The notes: generated by a model not told the origin, from the letters alone. Counted from the first letter of the stretch, positions 28,426 to 41,250 are shown. The stretch: 64,000 nt of DNA from Octopus vulgaris (GCA_951406725.2 OX597829.1:2976001-3040000); one strand, 5' to 3'. Translations and numbers: made by a program.

Positions 28426-28491
28426 CCCTGACTGCCCTGGCTACCACCACCATAGAGATAGATAAATGGAGTGACAGAGACAGAGAGACAG

Positions 28492-28530
<39 letters not shown>

Positions 28531-29369
28531 TAGATAGATAAATAGATAGACAGACAGCCAGATGGACAGATGGGACAGACAGACAGATAGAGGAGAGTGG
28601 AGATTTGTTTACATCGAAAACTTTTTATTTAAAATGTTTTCTACAGCATATATAACAATGACCAGCAAATGTTTCTACTGTAGTGACCGCACATTGCTCT
28701 GTTTTTTTTTGTAATTATGCATCGTAGTTGCTGCAATTTCATCAAGGGTCCATCACTTATGACATTTTTAAAGTGAACTAACTCAAACAAGCTCGCTGTG
28801 TTGCTATTCTGTTGAAGGTGATAGCATTACTTTTTAAATCAAATTGAATCCTGGTCTCATAATCACTTCTACTGTGCGGGGCAGAACTGTTAGCACACTG
28901 GGCAAAATGCTCGGTAGCATTTCGTCCATCTTTACGTTCAGAGTTCAAGTTCCACTAAGGTCCACTTTGCCTTTCGTCCTTTGAGGGTTGATAAAATAAG
29001 TACCAGTTCAATACTGCAGAAGAGGGTCGATGTTGATTTTTGATACATAACCGAGACCCCAGACTCGTTTTCTCATGTATGTTGCTGTTGTTATTATTTT
29101 TATTAAGCAGAAGGTGGTGAAATGGCAGAATTATTAGTGCCAGTCAAGATCCTTAGTAGCATTTTGTCCAACTTTACACTCTTTGATCAAATTTTGCTGA
29201 GGTAACTTTGCCTTTCATTCTTTCAATGTTGATAAAATAAGTACCAGATGAACATTGGGATTCATGGAATTGATTTATTGCTTCCCATGAAATTACTAAC
29301 CCTGTACGAAAATTTGAAACCACTATTTTTATCATAATCACCGTTGTTTACTTTTAATCTAGATGTTTG

Positions 29370-30025
29370 TTGCAATCACTTACCAAGGCACACCCAACAC
29401 CCTAAGGCAAGTGGAGGTTAAGAGATGTTGAAATATAATTGAAAGCTTGGTGATGGGAAGTGGCAAGGACAGTAGAGAAATACCTCCATATAATACAAGA
29501 GAAACATTTAAGTTCATAAGGTTTTTCTAAGGATGTGGGCAGCACTTGTCAGCACAATCTTTTAGATTTCCTTGAGACATGGTTCTCCTGGGATGTTGTC
29601 TAAATGTTTATAGCATCCCTTTTCTATCATACCTAAGGCACCTACAATAACATGGACAGTTTTTGCTTTAAGATTCCACATCTTTCATATTTCAATTTCC
29701 AGGTCCTTATATTTACTAAGTTTGTCAAACTCCTTTACAGATATGTTTTTAGCAGTGGGAACACTTACATCTATTAGCCTGCAAGTATTTTCTTCCCTGT
29801 CTTTAATAACTATGTCTGGTCGATTAGCCTGAATCATTCTGTCAGCACTGACTGGAAAATCCCAGCGGATGTTTTAGGTAGAAGCAGTCTACATCACTGC
29901 TGATGTGGAAAATATGAGTGCTGGTTAGTATCTTCTGTGTTTTCACATCAATGGCTTGTATTTCATCAAGCATCCAATCAAATAGTCCAAATGTCGGTAT
30001 GAGTACTGGCACTGCAAACACATTG
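29370..30025 (-). mobile_element. Internally deleted Dong/R4-type LINE fragment in a USP intron
   Basis: Minus strand has RT-thumb sequence NVFAVPVLIPTFG..W..DEIQAIDVKTQKILT...FH.SSDV joined directly to the endonuclease WDFPVSADRMIQANRPDIVIKD...LIDVSVP...KLSKYKDLEIEI*KMWNL...IVGALG. Confidence 0.85.
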
Positions 30026-30899
30026 TTTGTATGTATGTATGTATGTATGTATGTATGTATGTATGTATGTATGTATGTATGCATGCATGCATGCATGAAT
30101 GCATGCATGCATGCATGTGATGATTGTAAATGAGAATCATTGTCATAGCCGCATAAGAGGTGGGGATGTACATGCATGTATGTCAATGTGTGGGAATAAA
30201 GGTGCTGATGTAGTGGGGATCCAAAAGGGATCTCAAGGAGTAGCATCCCTGCCTTCCTGAGCTAGTTTTCCACCATATTTCTTAAAAATCATGGTAGAGG
30301 CCTTGATATCGGGACCACTCATGTCTAGAAACTGAGGTTGGGGGTGGGGAACAAGGGCAGGCACCCTGTAGAAAATCCAGCTCCAAAAAAAGCCTCATGA
30401 TAGCAAAGGAGAAGGGGCACCAGCCAGCCAACCCAAAGGCTGGAGTGGACTGCACCTGCCTACCAGCCACCCCTGTTAATGGGGTCAAAACCCAGATTTA
30501 AAACACTGGATGATGATGATGATGATGTAGGACATGAGACAGGAAGTGTGGGGTGGAGGGTCTTGTGTGTGTGTGTTCGTAAGTGAATAACAAAAGAACA
30601 TTAAACAAAGAATGTGAAGAATTTTGACTGGCTTCCTGTTTGGTAGCATAGCTGTGAATGAAACCATCTTGTTTTGTACATCATCCTTTAAATGTTAAGA
30701 ATATCATGCAGATCTTTTCATAGCCCCAGATATCATGACCATCTGTAATGTACAAATTAAGGAGTTGCATTCTGTGTGTGTGTGTGTGTGCATGTATCTA
30801 TGTGTTTTATGTGCACAAGTGTGTGTGTGTATAATAGCAATTTTAAATTTAAAAACCGAAAGTATGAGGATTGAAATGAAAATTTAGATTAAAACTTAC

Positions 30900-30980
30900 G
30901 TGAATTGATAGCTTCTGTGTATTCTGGAGCATGGACAAAGATAATCCTGTCTCGTTTCTTATAAACATTTTGAAGATAAT
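30900..30980 (-). CDS. Universal stress protein (UspA-like) gene, internal coding exon (most 5' exon found; phase 1 at both ends)
   Basis: Minus strand reads tttctttcAG|ATTATCTT...AATTCAC|GTaagt, 81 nt. It translates as (x)YLQNVYKKRDRIIFVHAPEYTEAINS(P), matching the USP alpha1-beta2 segment (Y..N....D.I..VH.PE). The final C joins the CT of the next exon to give Pro. Confidence 0.9.
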
Positions 30981-31034
30981 CTGAAAGAAATCAAGATAAT
31001 AAAACACTTAAACACATAAAAAAGAGTTGGCAGA

Positions 31035-31091
<57 letters not shown>

Positions 31092-31094
31092 GAA

Positions 31095-31552
31095 TTGGTA
31101 AGCTGTCAGAATTGTTAGTACACCAAGTAAAATGCTTAATGGTATTTCGTCTGTCAGGTGGTGAGCTGGCAGAATCGTTAGCACGCCGGGCGAAATGCGT
31201 AGCCGTATTTCGTCTGCCGTTACGTTCTGAGTTCAAATTCCACCAAGGTTGACTTTACCTTTCATCCTTTCAGGGTTGATAAATTAAGTACCAGTTACGC
31301 ACTGGGGTCGATGTAATCGACTTAATCCGTTTGTCTGTCCTTGTTTGTCTCCTCTGCATTTAGCCCCTTGTGGGTAGTAAAGAAATAGATATTTCGTCTG
31401 TCATTACATTCTGAGTTCAAATTCCACCAAGGTTGACTTTGCCTTTCATCCTTTCAGGGTCGATAAACTAAGTACCAATTGTGTACTGAGGTCGATCTAA
31501 TCGACTGGCTGCCTCCCTCAAAATTTCAGGCTTTGTGCCTATAGTAGAAAGG

Positions 31553-31555
<3 letters not shown>
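31095..31555 (+). mobile_element. Nested or dimeric SINE family B
   Basis: A complete copy (31157-31389) lies between two copies of tatttcgtctgtca inside another family B copy; (TTA)n on both sides. Confidence 0.8.
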
Positions 31556-31608
<53 letters not shown>

Positions 31609-32271
31609 CATTATTATTATTGTTATTATTATTATCATTATTATTATTGTTATTATTATTGTTATTATTATTATTATTATCATTATTATTATTATTATTA
31701 TTATTATCATTATTATCATTATTATTATTATTATTATTATTATCATCATTATTATTGTTATTATTATTGTTATTATTATGTGAGAGAGCAATGCATGCCA
31801 TCAAAGTGACACTGGGATAAAATATACGAAGCCCAGTACACCCATCATGACTACCCATCTGATAAGGGTACACCAGGCACATGACCTTGCAGGTGGAGCC
31901 TAGTTAGAATTTTCTGCAGGTCGAATTGTCCATCTCACTCAAAAGGTCCCTGAATAAGGGTTGTGGAAGGACATTGAACAAAACACCCATGTTTCCAAAG
32001 GTGAATTATTCAAACCCCAAAGAATCCCTCTCAACACATGGCTATGATGCTCCCCCACTACTTCTGCTCGTGATCAGAGATGCACATATCGTCAGCCACT
32101 AAGGGACATGCTCAAATGGTTAAGGTCAAACAACTGACAAGCAAATTTGTGGTATATTTGCTGTGCCCATCTTTTATACCAAGACAAAAACAATGTACGT
32201 GATAACACTTCCAATGAGTTAACATCAGAAGCCATGAAAGTCACTGCCTGGTACTGCATCAGGACATTTAT

Positions 32272-32304
<33 letters not shown>

Positions 32305-32530
32305 TGTCATTTCATGTTTTAGAGCTCTTAATTTCACTTGTTCCGGCTAATTCTGTTAGAGCAACAACCTGTTGTCAAAGGGCTCACATTGTCTCAATCC
32401 ACAATACTTAACATCCAAGTACCAGTCTCAAAACCCTCCCTGCCCTCAACGAAACAGTTTCTCTGAGTGTGTTCTATTGTCATATCGATCCAAATTTCTC
32501 CAACAAATTTCTCAAACCTAGTTGTTAATG

Positions 32531-32572
<42 letters not shown>

Positions 32573-33399
32573 GACAAAATCATTAACACGCCAGGTAAAA
32601 TGCTTAGCAGCATTTCATTGGCTTTTATGTTCTGAGCTCAAATTCCACCAAGGTCAACTTTACCTTTCAGTCTTTCAGGGTTGAACACTGGGGGTTGATG
32701 TGGTTGATTTAACACCACCATGATCGAAATTGCTGGCCTTGTGCAAAAATTTGAAACTATTATTATTATTATTATTATTATTTAGTAGTCTTATCATTAT
32801 TATTATTAATATTATTGAAGAAATTTATTATCTAATAAAGTGGTGGCAGGATTGTTATCTGTTCTTGTTCTTTACACACAAATCCCATCTAAATCAGCTT
32901 TGCTTTCCATCCCTTTTGGAGTTGACAAAACAAAGTACTAGTCATGTACTGGGGTTGATGTTATTACTAACCCCTTTTCCATAAAAATTGCTGGCTTGGG
33001 CCAAGATTTGAAATAATCTTTATATTTATTGTTGTTGTAGTTATTATTCTAATCATTAAGGTAGCAAGCTGGCAGAATCGTTAGCAGACCAGGTGAAATG
33101 CTGAGCAGTATTTCATTTGTCTTTATGTTCTGAGTTCTATTTTCACTGAGGTCACTTTTGCCTTTCATCCTTTTGGGGTTGATAAAATAAGTACCAGTTG
33201 AGCACTAGGGTCAATGTAATTGACTTAACTATTCCTGAGTAAGATTGTAAAAAAACTGCACCCCTCTGCCAAGCCATGTTGAGCCTGTGTGGCAGAGTAA
33301 GCTCATTGAATCAGAATGATCTCACGTTCAAATTCACAGCCTCTACATCAGACTATGGTTGGTGGAGAGAACATGCTGATGCCTTTGTACTGCAGTGGA

Positions 33400-33910
33400 C
33401 TGTACATAGGCAATCTAATCCATTACAATACAGTGTGACAAGTTGGCAGAAAAAGACATACATCATTTCGGAAGAGTTTAGAAGCTGGCTGCCCACATGG
33501 TTCTTGGTCAAAAGCATTTGTCTTATGAAGAAAGGCTGAAGACACTTGACCTTTATTCTTTCAAAAAACGCTGCCGCCGTGGTGATCTCATTCTCACTCA
33601 CAACATCATAAGCAGAAAGTGTAACCTTCACTCCTGCTCCAGAGTGTGGGCTGTGGAGTCACTCTCAAAAGCTCTATCTATGACGATTTCATCTCAATTG
33701 AAGGAAAGGGGCTTTCTCTGCCCGGGTTGCGGATCCGTGGAATAAGCTGCCGGACGAGATACTGAAGATGCCGATGACCGCTGGGTTCAAAGTCTCTCTT
33801 GACCAGAAATGGCCCGAACTCTTTGAATGACCACCCTCCCTGTATGTAACTCCCTGTCCCCCTACATGGCCTTGCTTTTGCTTTTTGAGCCAATAAAAAT
33901 TTAATTGAAT
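33400..33910 (+). mobile_element. CR1/L2-group LINE 3' end fragment
   Basis: Carries the C-terminal motif HLSYEERLKTLDLYSFKKRCRRGDLI, a downstream WN.LP-like segment and AATAAA near 33891. Confidence 0.75.
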
Positions 33911-34660
33911 TGGACAAAATGCTTAGTGGCATTTCTTCCAGCTCTTTTCATTATGTGTTCAAATTCTGCCAAGGTCCACTTTGCCTTTCACCTTTCCAGA
34001 GGTCAATTAAAAAAGTTTCAGTCATATACTGGAGTCAAAGGTATCAAACTGACCCTTCTACCCTCAAAGCTGTTAGTCTTATGCCTAAATCAGAAACCAT
34101 TATAATTAACTGATATTGTTGTTGTTACTATTTCTATAGAAATTCCTGTAAAAATACAAACACAACAATGAAAGCATTTGGGGTGCTGGTATGTCCACAT
34201 GATTAAGATGATTGCTTCACATTTCTTTGATTTCAGGCATACTCCCACTGCATGACCCCTTGAACAAGTGTCTTTTGCATCCTAGATGTGACCAAAATAT
34301 TGTGAATGGAATTTTGACCATTCCTGTCCTTGGGCTGATCTTCTACCCAGTTTAACACCACCATCTGATCTTTCAGTACTTTTAGCAGAATCCCAGCTAT
34401 TGAAAACATTCAGGCCATGTTTATCTTCTCAAGACAACTTCTTACCTTTCCTCCTCTCACCAATCTCAAAGACTTTGAAAATGGCTCATCAAGGATGTCT
34501 TCAGGTATTTGCTACAATAGCAGTCAAATACATCTCAAATCACATGCTACTCTCTTTTTTTCAAAAGGACACATTGGATAGCTACAGTCTAAGGTACACT
34601 GTGTTTGAATAAAAGATAGGATGATTGATGCTGGGATATCTTTGACCTTATGTCAACTGG

Positions 34661-35906
34661 GTAAGGATTGACCATGGATTAAGCAAGGACATTGACAAGG
34701 AAGTAGCTGGATAAGGATTGACCATGGATTAAGAAAGGATATTGACAAGGAAGTAGCAGGATAAGGATTGACCATGGATTAAGCAAGGATATTGACAAGG
34801 AAGTAGCTGGATAAGGATTGACCATGGATTAAGCAAAGACATTGACAAGGAAGTAGCTGGATAAGGATTGACCATGGATTAAGCAAGGACATTGACAAGG
34901 ACGTAGCTGGATAAGGATTGACCACGGATTAAGCAAGGACATTGACAAGGAAGTAGCTGGATAAGGATTGACCATGGATTAAGCAAGGACATTGACAAGG
35001 AAGTAGCTGGATAAGGATTGACCATGGATTAAGCAAGGACATTGACAAGGAAGTAGCAGGATAAGGATTGACCATGGATTAAGCAAGGACATTGACAAGG
35101 AAGTAGCTGGATAAGGATTGACCATGGATTAAGCAAGGACATTGACAAGGAAGTAGCTGGATAAGGATTGACCATGGATTAAGCAAGGACATTGACAAGG
35201 AAGTAGCTGGATAAGGATTGACCATGGATTAAGCAAGGACATTGACAAGGAAGTAGCTGGATAAGGATTAACCATGGATTAAGCAAGGACATTGACAAGG
35301 AAGTAGCAGGATAAGGATTGACCATGGATTAAGCAAGGACATTGACAAGGAAGTAGCAGGATAAGGATTGACCATGGATTAAGCAAGGACATTGACAAGG
35401 AAGTAGCTGGATAAGGATTGACCATGGATTAAGCAAGGACATTGACAAGGAAGTAGCTGGATAAGGATTGACCATGGATTAAGCAAGGACATTGACAAGG
35501 AAGTAGCAGGATAAGGATTGACCATGGATTAAGCAAGGACATTGACAAGGAAGTAGCAGGATAAGGATTGACCATGGATTAAGCAAGGACATTGACAAGG
35601 AAGTAGCTGGATAAGGATTGACCATGGATTAAGCAAGGACATTGACAAGGAAGTAGCTGGATAAGGATTGACCATGGATTAAGCAAGGACATTGACAAGA
35701 AAGTAGCTGGATAAGGATTGACCACGGATTAAGCAAGGACATTGACAAGGAAGTAGCTGGATAAGGATTGACCACGGATTAAGCAAGGACATTGACAAGG
35801 AAGTAGCTGGATAAGGATTGACCATGGATTAAGCAAGGACATTGACAAGGAAGTAGCTGGATAAGGATTGACCATGGATTAAGCAAGGACATTAATAAGG
35901 AAGTAG
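34661..35906. repeat. 50-bp minisatellite, about 25 near-identical units
   Basis: Unit ataaggattgaccatggattaagcaaggacattgacaaggaagtagctgg; 24 full units and one nearly full unit, with isolated substitutions only. Confidence 0.98.
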
Positions 35907-36394
35907 TGGACATTAGATAATGAGCTTCGAGATATGTTGTCTAAATATGAAAGAATCGTTGGGGTGGCCACATCTAGAACATCTTTGATTTTATATGTGT
36001 TCAAAAAGAACTGAACAAGTTCCAAATAAGGAATAGAGTCCTAAATACACTATATCTGAATAAAATGCAGGATGGTCACCATTGGAATACCATTGATCAC
36101 AGGTCTACTGAATCAGGGCTGACCAAGAGCTAAACAACAAAAATAAGCCAGTAAAAATAAGGTAATGAGCATGAATTGGTAAGAGGGAAAGTGATCTATG
36201 AGAATAAGAAATTGTTGTTTAGCCCCAGGTCAGTCTTGATCCAGTATGCCTATGATCAAAGCTGCTTTAGTCCCAGCTACGTAGCATATCTAGGATTACT
36301 CTTGTGTCTATCTTGTTTTGCTTTTGTTTAGCTCCAGATCAGTTCTCATCCACTATATCTGATCATTGCCAGAGCAGCCAACTGGCTTCTGTAC

Positions 36395-36935
36395 CCGTGA
36401 CACGTAAAAGGGCACCATTCGAGTGTGATTGTTACCAACGTCGCTTCACTGGCACCTGTGCCGGTGGCACGTGTAAAAAAGATTCGAGCAAGGTCGTTAC
36501 CAGTGCCGCCTGATTGAGCCCCGTGCCAGTGACATGTAAAAGGGTACCATTCGAGTGTGATCATTACCAACGTAGCTTCACTGGCACCTGTGCCGGTGGC
36601 ACGTGTAAAAAAGATTCGAGCAAGGTCGTTACCAGTGCCGCCTGATTGAGCCCCGTGCCAGTGACATGTAAAAGGGTACCATTCGAGTGTGATCATTACC
36701 AACGTCGCTTCACTGGCACCTGTGCCGGTGGCACGTGTAAAAAAGATTCGAGCGAGGTCGTTACCAGTGCCGCCTGACTGGCCCCCGTGCCAGTGGCATG
36801 TAAAAGGGCACCATTCGAGTGTGATCGTTACCAACGTCGCTTCACTGGCACCTGTGCCGGTGGCACGTGTAAAAAGATTCGAGCGAGGTCATTACCAGTG
36901 CCGCCTGACTGGGCCCCGTGCCGGTGGCACGTAAA
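36395..36935 (+). repeat. 132-bp tandem repeat (4 copies) within a family D element
   Basis: gtaaaaggg recurs at 36404, 36536, 36668 and 36800, followed by the RTE-type tail to about 37115. Confidence 0.95.
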
Positions 36936-37413
36936 AAGCACCCACTACACTCTTGGAGTGGTTGGCGTTAGGAAGGGCATCCAGCAGTAGAAACTCTGCC
37001 AAATCAAGATTGGAGCCTGGTGCAACCATCTGGTTTGCCAGCCCTCAGTCAAAACTGTCCAACCCATGCTAGCATGGAAAGCAGACGTTAAGCGACGATG
37101 ATGATGATGATGATGATATACTAATGATCTTTATACTAATGCTCTTTATTATGGCATAGAATACCTAGGACTACATTATCTCAATGTGTCTTCTTTGTTA
37201 TCTTGTTATTGATGTTCAGCCCATAATCAGGCTTGGTCCAGCAGACATATTATCAAAGATATTTCAGTTGTAACCATCTCATCTTTTATTCAGTCATAGA
37301 ATACCTAGGACTACATTAACTAATGTATCTTTCTTTGATGCTGCTGGTATTTAGTCCCAAAACCATCTCTGATCAAAACAACCTGTTGAAAATGTGCTCT
37401 GCCAAAGGCAAAG

Positions 37414-38470
37414 ATGATGATGGTGGTGATGGTAGTGGTGTTGGTGGTGGTGATTGTGGCGATGATTATGATGGTGGCGGCAATGATTAAGGTAGTGGTG
37501 GCGATGATTATGGTGGTGGTGGTGGTGAAGGTGGTGGTGGTGGTGGCGGCGATGATTATGATGGTGGCGGCAATGATTAAGGTAGTGGTGGCGATGATTA
37601 TGGTGGTGGTGGTGGTGAAGGTGGTGGTGGTGGTGGTGGCGATGATTATGATGGTGGCGGCAATGATTAAGGTAGTGGTGGCGATGATTATGGTGGTGGT
37701 GGTGGTGAAGGTGGTGGTGGTGGTGGCGGCGATGATTATGATGGTGGCGGCAATGATTAAGGTAGTGGTGGCGATGATTATGGTGGTGGTGGTGGTGAAG
37801 GTGGTGGTGGTGGTGGCGATGATTATGATGGTGGCGGCAATGATTAAGGTGGTGGTGGTGATGATTATGGTGGTGGTGGTGGTGAAGGTGGTGGTGGTGG
37901 TGGCGGCGATGATTATGATGGTGGCGGCAATGATTATGGTGGTGGTGGTGGTGATGATTATGGTGGTGGTGGTGGTGAAGGTGGTGGTGGTGGTGGCGGC
38001 GATGATTATGATGGTGGCGGCAATGATTATGATGGTGGTGGTGATGATTATGGTGGTGGTGGTGGTGAAGGTGGTGGTGGTGGTGGCGGCGATGATTATG
38101 ATGGTGGCGGCAATGATTATGGTGGTGGTGGTGGTGATGATTATGGTGGTGGTGGTGGTGATGATTATGGTGGTGGTGGTGGTGAAGGTGGTGGTGGTGG
38201 TGGCGGCAATGATTATGGTGGTGGTGGCGATGATTATGGTGGTGGTGGTGATGATTATGGTGGTGGTGGTGGTGAAGGTGGTGGTGGTGGTGGCGGCGAT
38301 GATTATGATGGTGGCGGCAATGATTATGGTGGTGGTGGTGGTGATGATTATGGTGGTGGTGGTCGTGACTGTGAGGATGATTACAATAGTGGTGGTGGTG
38401 AAGGTGGTGGTGGTGGTGGTGGTGGTGGTGGTGGTGGCAACAGCAGCTGCTGTTGATGTGATGATGATGA
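37414..38470. repeat. Compound (GGT/GAT/GGC)n triplet repeat with a 90-bp higher-order unit
   Basis: Blocks 37501-37590, 37591-37680 and 37681-37770 are near-identical; later units vary in GGT count. Confidence 0.95.
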
Positions 38471-39030
38471 TGTATTTTATTTTTATGTTTCTTTTGCTTT
38501 GTTTTGTTCTCTTTACCTCCCCCCCCCCCGCCCCCGCTCTTTCTAATTTCCAATATTGATTCAAAAACATAAGTTAATGGATTTTGTCTTAATTCATGTT
38601 TTTGTTGTTGTTGCTGCTGCTAAGGAAACTGTCATTCATTAATTAGTTGATGGATTTATTTATGATTTGAAAATTATGTTTATCCCTAAAAATCACACAG
38701 GGTCCCAAATTATCTTTAATTACCTTCAATTATCCACTAATTATCCAATATTCAACCCTACTGCCTCAAGGCAAATCTATTTTTGCACACAATTTGCCTC
38801 ACATCTGGCGATAATTTAAGAGAATGAGGTGGTGGTGGTCATCGTCGTGGTGGTCATGGTGGTTGTGGTGGTGGTGTTGGTGGTGGTAGTGGTGGTTATC
38901 ATTGTTGATGTATTTGATGTTGTTTCTACTACTACTGTTGTAGTAGCTGCTGTTTAATTTTTAATTAAATCATATCTCCTGCAAGCTAAGACTTGATCAA
39001 CCCCTACTGAGCATTAAAATAATATTGACA

Positions 39031-39066
<36 letters not shown>

Positions 39067-39759
39067 TCAATAATGATGATAATAAGTCTCCAAAACAATG
39101 AAATTAGGCTGTAAATCAAAATAGAATGGAAAACAACAAAGCAGATCTTTTAGTCACAAAGAGAAGAAACCGTTTATTGTCATCAGCACCGTGCATCCAT
39201 TTGAGTGAAGACAAAAGACAAAAGAATAAGTAGAATATTACACCAGCTTAAAGTTTGAAAATGTTAAATCCTGGAATATAGAACTTAAAAATAGTCATGA
39301 CCACGGAACTACCATGGGTAAGTGTCTTCTGCTTAATAGCTTTGGGCCAACCGCAACTTTGTGAGTTGATGTGGTAGACAGAAACTGAAAGAAGCTCAAT
39401 GTATTTGTGTGTGTGTTTTGCATACATGTGGCACATAAAAGGGCACCATTCGAGCATGATCGTTACCAATGTCGCTTCACTGGCACCTGTGCCGGTGGCA
39501 CGTGTAAAAAGGATTTGAGCGAGGTCGTTGCCAGTACCGCCTGACTGGCGCCCGTGCCAGTGGAATGTATAAAGCACCCACTACACTCTCGGAGTGGTTG
39601 GCATTAGGAAGGACATCCAGCTGTAGAAACTCTGCCAGATCAAGATTGGAGCCTGGTGCAACCATCTAGTTCGCCAGTCCTCAGTCAAATTGTCCAACCC
39701 ATGCTAGCATGGAAAGCGGACATTAAACGATGATGATGATGATGATGATATATATATTA

Positions 39760-41250
39760 TCATCATCATCATTTACCATCCATTTTCCATGCTGGCATGG
39801 GTTGAATAGCTTGATAGGAGCTGGCCAGCTGCCTAGACTCCATGACTGTTTTGGCATGATTTCTGCAGCTGGATGCACTTCCTAATACCAACCCCTTTAC
39901 AGAGTGCACTGGGTGCTTATACACTGTACTGGCATGGGTGTTTCTACATGGCACCAATATAAGTGCTTTTCATGTGGTGCCAGCATGCAAGATTAGGGAC
40001 ACTCAGCTGAAGGGAGAGGTAGGGGACGTGCCGTATACGCAAGGACAACCATGATTTTACTTAACTTGATGTGTCTTCTCAAACACAACAAAGCCCCAGA
40101 ATTATCAATCCCTTATTATCCCCTCTGTGAGGCCCAATGTCTGAAGATCCTTCCTGGGTTTACCCTTCGAAATATTCCCTCTAGGATTAGAAATTGGCTC
40201 CTCTTGATGCAACTGTCTTCAATCATATGCATTACATGGCCATACCAGCGCAGTTTTCTCTTTTGCACACTACATCTGATCCCTTCTACACCCAGTTTTT
40301 CTTTCAAATCACTTACACTCTCTCATATATGCACACTGACATTACCCATCCAGCAGAGCATACTGGCTTCGTTTCTTTCAAGCCTTTACATATCCATAGT
40401 TGTCACAGCTCATGTCTCACTGCCATGTAGCATAGCTGTTCATACTCATGCATCATACAATCTATTTTTCATTTTGAGGGAGAGGCCTTCATTACTAACA
40501 GAAGTTGTAGCTCCTTGAACTTCACCCAGCCTATTCTTATTCTAACAGCTATGCTTTCAGAACAACCTCACCCACAACTAACTTGGTCGCCTAAGTAACA
40601 GAAACTATTACTTCTAAAGATCCCCCTTGACATTTATAGGAGTCTATTTTTTGTACATTCCTGGTGTTTAATGTACCTGGACATCTGCCACATGTAAAGA
40701 CTTTCTCCGTGAGTCTTCTAGTGAACCACTGCACTTCTCATGTGTCCTAGTTTGCATTGAATACACCATGTGGAGTTTCCCCCAACACCTTTTCTATATA
40801 TTGAGTGAGGCCATCTCTCTGATTTGTCTGTTTTCCTACTTATCACTACTTTGGTCTTGGTTAAATTAACTTTAAGGCCCTTCGATTCTAGACCTTGCTT
40901 CCATACCTGTAATTTCTTCTCTAGTTCTGGTAGTGATTCAGCAATAAGAACAGGGTCATCAGCACAGAGGAACTCCCGAGGGCAGCCAGACTTAAACTCC
41001 TCAGCTATAGCTTGGAGGACTATGAAAAACAAGAGGGGACTAAGAACCGATCCTTGGTGAACTTCTACATCTACACTGAATTCCTTGCTATACTCATTGG
41101 TGACTTTCACCTTACATTCCTGTATGTGGCTTTTACAGCTCTCACCAACCAGCCATCGATCCCTTACTTCTGCAATGTCCACAAGATAAGGGAGCAGGAG
41201 ATTCTGTCAAAGGCTTTCTCCATGTCAGCAAAAGCCAGATACAAAGGTAT
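39760..41250 (-). mobile_element. 5'-truncated RTE-clade LINE (RT, C-terminus, 3' tail ending in (GAT)n)
   Basis: Reads ADMEKAFD, VHQGSVLSPLLF, decayed YADD (CADD), LESKGLKVNLTKTK and EKLGVEGIRCSVQKRKLRWYGHV, followed by the tail ...aacccatgccagcatggaa...gatgatg. Confidence 0.9.

Noticed and set aside
34661-35906. CRISPR-like appearance of the regular 50-bp array
   Set aside because: Units are contiguous and near-identical with no unique spacers, there are no cas genes, and the context is eukaryotic.
36346-36834. 162-aa ORF with a 44-aa repeat
   Set aside because: A consequence of the 132-bp tandem unit inside a retroposon; other copies do not keep the frame.
37320-38570. The three longest ORFs (416, 400 and 381 aa) as real genes
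   Set aside because: They overlap on both strands of a triplet satellite, with no domain, signal peptide or supported splice structure.
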